A stretch of DNA of 64,000 nucleotides from an uncultured bacterium (lineage in GTDB: Bacteria > Patescibacteriota > Gracilibacteria > Absconditabacterales > Absconditicoccaceae), in NCBI GenBank assembly GCA_947168725.1, contig CAMVNA010000004.1:10110-74109 (forward strand), given 5' to 3'. Positions 58,381 through 64,000 of this stretch are shown here, piece after piece. Made by a program: the position numbers and the translations under genes. Below the pieces are notes generated by a model, which was not told the DNA's origin, made no database searches, and saw only the letters and a program-made list of their open reading frames with translations. Positions within the stretch are counted from its first letter, which is position 1. Each line of letters starts with the position of its first letter.

Positions 58381-60195
58381 ATGAAAGTTATTAGAAATTT
58401 GCTATTAATTATATGATGATTATATTTCAGCCTAAATTTTTGAAATTTTTCATTCGCAAATGACTACGAATATGAAAAATTTGATGTTTTAGCTGATTTA
58501 AAAATAGATTGATCTATCAATGTAAAAGAGACTTTTACAGCAAATTTTTTTGAACATAAACATTGAATTATAAGATTTATTCCACTTAATTATTCTGTTT
58601 TATGAAAAGATTTTCATATTGATATATCAGATATTTATGTAGAATGAAATAAATTTACTAAAACTATAAATAACTGAGAATTGGAAATAAAAATTTGAGA
58701 TGCAAATAGGACTATTATTTGAGAACAAATTTATCCAATATTTTATTCGGCTTATGGTTTAATTAGAAACTTTTCGTGAATGTGATATGCGGAACTTTAT
58801 TGGAATCTTGTATGATATGATTTTGATACTAATATAAATAGCTTTAAAGCTGAAATACTATTACCTAAAGGGTATACGTGATTTTCGAGTGATGACTTTT
58901 TGATTACTGTAGATTGAAAAACTTCAAATGTGAAAGATTTTGCTTGAAGTGTAAATCGAAGTAAATGAGATAGAATATCAATAAATTATAATAAAAAATT
59001 ATCTGCTGGAGAATGAATAACTCTTGCAATTAAGTTTCCAAGTGATTATTTTGAATTTGACCATAAAAAACAGTCTAAATTGATTGGATATGTATGATGA
59101 AAGTTTAATACAAACTTAGATTTTTTCCCTTGGAAATACCTATGAATCTGAATTATTATAATAATTATATTCGTTATGATAACGAGTCATGGTGATAAAT
59201 GATCTAAAATTAAAGAATCTGAGCTTGCGAATAAACTTGAAAAAGAGTCGCCCATAGTTGTTAAATACACTCCTCCAGAATGAATAAATTGTGCTGAAGC
59301 TTGAATGCTTTATGATTGTTATTTACAAGAAAAGGATTTAACAAGTTTATTGTATAAACGAGCCGTTGAATGATTTATCTCTATAACTTTGGATGAGAAT
59401 TGAACTTTTAATAGAAAAACTTGATTTATTATGACTAAATTAAAAGATATTAATAGTTCATTTCCTCAATATGAAATAGATTTATTTAATTCTATTCTAC
59501 CAAGAGGTATAAATTCAAAAAAATATGTTTCTACGGCTTCAGAATTTGATATCGTTCGGTCTTTAAAGTCACTAAGAAATTATGGTAAAGGAAATTGATG
59601 GATTAGTGTCTGATGGTTTAATAATTCAAAAAAGTATATTTGATTTTTTGTAGCAATAATTTTACTATTTGTTTTAGGTAAGATGGGAGTAAATATGGAG
59701 GCCGTTATTTTTATAACCGTTGTTTTATTTTCAATATTTAATGCAGATTCATCATCTCCTAGCCAAAAACAAATATCATTAACTGATAAGTGAAAACAGA
59801 TAGCAAAAGATGTTATATGATATGCAAAATTTATTCAAATGTGTGATGAAAATAAACTTAGATTATTTTTAAAACAAGATTCGACATTTTTTGATAAGAC
59901 GTTACCATATGCTGTAGCTTTTTGATTTGAAACAGATTTTATCAATAAAATTACACCTGTATTAGCAGAATTGGATATGAGACCTTCCTGGTTTGGATGA
60001 AACGTAAATGAAATAGATTCTGTATCTAGAATTGTGAGAGATTCAACTAGAGCAGCAGAATGGAGAAGAGCTAAGGAAAGAGAAAGACTTTCAACTTATA
60101 GTAGTGATAGCTGATTTTCAAGTGGATCATCATTTTCGTCTTGATGATTTTCTTTTTGATGATGAGGTGGATGATGAGGCTCAAGAAGCTGGTAA
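58381..60195 (+). CDS. DUF2207-like membrane protein with poly-Gly C-terminal tail
   Basis: 604 aa, invisible in the standard-code track. It has a signal peptide, a beta-rich ectodomain, TM segments, YTPPEGINCAEAGMLYD, LPYAVAFGFE, and the tail FGGGGGGGGSRSW, in which five of the eight Gly residues are TGA. Confidence 0.65.
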
Positions 60196-60220
60196 TTGTT
60201 TATATTATTTTGAAGATATT

Positions 60221-61276
60221 ATGCATAAATTTTATGGGTCTATGGATAAAAAAAAGGATAACTGGTGATCGATAGTTGGTTTAATAATATTTTCTATACT
60301 ACTTATTTTCAATTCAATTATAAAATCTGGACATTTGCCTTTTTTTATTATGTGTTTATTATCATGAACGGCGATTTATTTTATATTTAATTGGCGAGAA
60401 AAGAAAAATAGAGATAAACCTGCATCATTATGAAGAGAATTTGAGAAGAAATATCCAATTATCATACAATATACACCTCCGAAATGAATTAATCCTGCGG
60501 AAGCGTGATTATTATATAATTGTAAAGTAGATCCAACCGATCTTACAAGTCTAATTTATCAGTGGAAATTTGAAAATTTAATTGATATAAAAACTTTTTC
60601 ATGAGAGAAATCTAAAAAAGAATATGTTAAATTGATAAAGAAGGAAGAAATTCCTTTAACTCGCCCATTATTTGAAACTGAAATTTTTGACTCCATATTT
60701 TCTATGGGGAATGTAAAAATCATTGAATGAGCGTTTCAGTTGAGATATGCTTTGATGTTAGAAGATTTAGAGTATCATTGAATTAAAAAATGATGGGTAC
60801 TTAGACCTAAATTATGAGTTAAGTGGAAATATGTATATAATTTTTTGGTAGTTCTGTTATTTTTATGAGTTTATTTATTATTTTCTATAGAAATTTGGTA
60901 CCATTTTCCATGGTTTTTAATTTTACTAATAATCTTATTTTTTGCTTGTGTGTTTTTGTGATGATTGGTATATTGATGATGAAAATTAAGATTTACCGAT
61001 AGATGAGCAGAATTAGCATCTCATCTGATTGGTTATAGAAACTTTATAAAAAGCTGTGATGAAAATAAAATTAAACTTCTTTTGAAAGAAGACCCATTAT
61101 TTGTTGATAGGACTCTCCCCTTTGCAACTGCTTTTGGTTTAGAAACTGAATTTTTGAAAAAAGTATCTCCACTAATAAAAGATCGAAATGCTAAATATGT
61201 CAGATGACAAAAGGTGCCTGATTTAAGTATTTTACGTTTTTTCTTTTGATGATGAGACGACAATTCTTTTTTCTAA
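60221..61276 (+). CDS. DUF2207 C-terminal-half paralogue (membrane protein)
   Basis: 351 aa. YTPPKGINPAEAGLLYN, LPFATAFGLE and the tail FFFGGGDD parallel the C-terminal half of the previous gene. Confidence 0.6.
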
Positions 61277-62272
61277 TTAATTTTCGAGTCAAAATTTGAA
61301 TAAAAAGGAACGGTGATCTGATCATGTTAGATTTTCTATAACCACAGGAGAGATTTTTATTTCTGGAGAAATAAATAATTGATCTATGTGTGAACGGAAT
61401 ATTTTCTGTTGTAATAAACTTCGTGTATAGTTAGGTGATTGAAAACTTAATGCATTTAGTATTTTGAAATGCTTAGTAAATTGTTTGTAGTAATATGACC
61501 GTGGAGATAGATTAAAATCTCAAATAATCATGGTTGGAGTTCAGTCTATATGGTTTTTTAGGAGGTCCGATAATAATTTACCAATCTGGGTATTTCTCAT
61601 TTCAAAATTTTTAAATGAAACAGGAGCGGCTGTATGAATGACATATAAATCTATTCAATCTGCACATTTATCGCATAATATTTTCATATAACTATAATTT
61701 CGAGCTCAGGCTTCAACAAGATGAGTTTCAGTAATATTTTCTAGTGGAATTTTACTGAAAACAACGTCTCATGCGAGAGTGATGGATCGTGAATTTCTGT
61801 TCATGTATGGGTAATTTTCTTTGAAAAATTCTTTCATTTCATCCTCATGTTCATCTGAAAATTCAACTAAAACCACAATATCTGGATTTTCTGCTTCTAT
61901 TTTTTCTTTAAGGGATTGATAATCTGTGTTTTTATATAAGATATTTGCATAAAAAACTTTAATTCAATTTTCATCTGTTAAACGGATTAATTCATCATTT
62001 TGATTATAAAATCAAAAGTATTCTGAACTATATAAAGTTCAAATTCAGATTGTCAGGATTGCTGCAAGTATAGTTAATAAAATTTTTAATGATTTGTGTT
62101 TTCTCCTCCTTTTACTTTCACGTATAATTAAATATATTTCTATTATTACAGCTAGTATACAAAATCAAATTATATATGGAATAAAGCTGATTGCTAATTC
62201 GGCTAAAAAACTTTCACGAAAAAAGAATATGTATGTTATGAATAATATAGATACCCATAAGAAAATTAACAT
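61277..62272 (-). CDS. endonuclease/exonuclease/phosphatase (EEP) family membrane protein
   Basis: Three N-terminal TM segments, then DIVVLVEFSDEH...YVIHTAAP...MIIGDFNLSP...LTGSDHRSF. Confidence 0.7.
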
Positions 62273-62381
62273 TTATTTATAATCTGAATATAAATCTCTT
62301 TCTACTTTTAAATTTTTCATAAATTATTGCAACAAGGATTGGTTATAATTTTTACTTGACTTTTAAAAATTTTTATTATAT

Positions 62382-62741
62382 ATGGCATACAAACAAAAAA
62401 ATATTATAATCATGAGACCTAAAAAGTTACTCAAAAATGAGGCCAGGTTCGCTGGAACTATTGGTCTTTGGTTGTCAGATGAACTTACAGATGACCAAAA
62501 GAACGAGCTGGAACAAATGTTTAGCCTGGATTATGGTGGTTTGGTGAATGCCTGTAACCGCTACATGCTACGCACGATTAAAGCAATCAAAAAAGGTTAC
62601 ATGTCTTTGGATAGCTTTACAATCAAAGATGCTGAGGAATTTCGTAAGCTTCTAGACTCGGAAAAACTTGATCAGAGCCTTCAAAATGAACTTTCTCATT
62701 TGCTTTATGGAGCTGATGAGCGAGCTCGTTACCTGGACTAA
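62382..62741 (+). CDS. hypothetical protein (TGA-free, GC-richer than context)
   Basis: Track ORF of 119 aa. It uses CTG, GGC and CGC codons that are rare elsewhere here, and it has its own terminator. The true start may be the internal ATG at 62412. Confidence 0.65.
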   Translation: MAYKQKNIIIMRPKKLLKNEARFAGTIGLWLSDELTDDQKNELEQMFSLDYGGLVNACNRYMLRTIKAIKKGYMSLDSFTIKDAEEFRKLLDSEKLDQSLQNELSHLLYGADERARYLD

Positions 62742-62766
62742 CCTAATTCTTTATTACGGAACAGTT

Positions 62767-62800
62767 AAAAATGCGATAGTTATCTACTATCGCATTTTTT
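62767..62800 (+). terminator. rho-independent terminator
   Basis: An aatgcgatagt-tatct-actatcgcatt hairpin followed by T6. Confidence 0.8.
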
Positions 62801-62868
62801 AATTAAAAATGGAAAATTAAAAGTAAATCGTTATAAAAAATCAAATTTTTATTGAAGCTTTTGAATTT

Positions 62869-64000
62869 ATGTTAAAGAAATTCCATATAATTACGTTATG
62901 ATGTCAGATGAATTATGCTGATTCTGTTAGAATTAAGTCAGTTTTAACAAATTGTGGTTTTGAATATGTGGATAATCAAGATGAAGCAGATATACTAATT
63001 TTTGATACTTGTTCAGTTCGTCAAAAAGCTGAAGATAAAATAACATGAAGTTTAAAAGATGTGGATAAAGAGAAAAAAATCTGGATTACTTGATGTATGG
63101 TTCAGCATAATTTTAGAAATATTTTGAAAAAGAATACACCAAATCAATTTAAACGTGGAAATTTCTTGTGAACCACTGAATGAAAACAGATTAAAGTTTA
63201 TTGATCTGAAAATGAGGAAATTAAGGAGATTATTGACCATAAACAGACTTCACTTGAGAATATGGTGTTTATCAATCATGCGTTTAATCCTCTATTCTTT
63301 AATCTGAAGCAGACTTATCCTAATTTAGAATTATGTTTTAGAATTGATGATACAGGATTTTTGCCATTAATGCTAGAGAAAATTTGATATAAATGACTGA
63401 AATATGATATAGAATTATTGAATGAATATGAAAAGATAATTCCGCAGGAGAATGCCAATATGTCGGATCATCAAACTACAGCTTATGTCCCAATTTCTAC
63501 AGGATGTAATCAATTTTGTTCGTATTGCATTGTGCCTTATGCGAGATGATTAGAAAGATATTTTAGTGTGGAGCAAGTAGTAAAGGAAGTTAAATCTCAT
63601 TTGAAGAGTTGAGCGAAAGAAATAGTTTTACTTGGTCAAATCGTGAATAAACATCCAGAATTTTTGACTATTTTGAAAGAGGTTTTGAAATTAGATTGAT
63701 TAGAGCGATTAAGATATACATCACCATATCCAACTTATTATTCTGATGAATTATTAGCTTTACATGAAAATGAAGAGAAGCTTTGTCCACACATTCATAT
63801 TCCATTTCAATCTGGTTCTGATGAGGTTTTGAAAAGAATGTTTCGTGGATATAAAGCAGAAGATTGTTTCAATTTTGTTGATAAAATCCATAAATTAAAA
63901 AGAAAGATTTCAATAACTACGGATATGATAATTTGATTTTCTTGAGAGACTGATTCAGATTTTGATGAAAGTTTGAAGTTAGTTGAGGCTGGAAAATTTG
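62869..64000 (+). CDS. miaB: tRNA methylthiotransferase MiaB-like radical SAM enzyme (3' end outside the window)
   Basis: [18 protein letters not shown]...[16 protein letters not shown] (UPF0004 domain) and [21 protein letters not shown] (CxxxCxxC). An unusually long insert lies between the two domains. Confidence 0.75.

Overview
This is an AT-rich bacterial chromosome segment that only makes sense if TGA is read as glycine (genetic code 25). That places it in the Absconditabacteria (SR1) / Gracilibacteria part of the candidate phyla radiation. The supplied standard-code ORF track is therefore badly fragmented, and many of its opposite-strand ORFs are artefacts. I re-derived about 60 genes by hand translation.

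Contents:
- Housekeeping genes: secA, trmD, dnaK, a yidD-fmt fusion, idi, pth, hup, pheT, truD, truB, a sufS-like gene, uppS, miaA, an sbcC-like gene, rlmN, dnaN and miaB.
- Many small hydrolases and membrane or lipoproteins.
- Two GC-rich structured RNAs of unknown class. The one at 23.9 kb has a consensus promoter and a terminator. The one at 7.5 kb has a clear terminator, but its 5' end and promoter are uncertain.
- A GC-rich palindromic repeat, present once in frame inside truD and once in an intergenic region.

The most interesting part is an accumulation of paralogous, mosaic surface or effector genes at 32.4-50.2 kb, with two more at 54.4-55.9 kb. These combine a coiled-coil N-module, a Gly/Ala-rich double membrane segment, a low-complexity linker and interchangeable C-terminal cell-wall-hydrolase-like modules: a GH24-like lysozyme, a C39-like Cys peptidase, a lysozyme-superfamily-like domain and a papain-like amidase. 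Large PG-binding and MORN-repeat proteins sit alongside them. Several of these genes are driven by an almost invariant AAAATTTGACAAA-N16/17-TATAAT promoter.

I recognised no rRNA, tRNA, CRISPR array, transposase or integrase. All coordinates were derived by hand. Start codons may be off by a few codons, and domain calls rest on motif recognition, not database searches.
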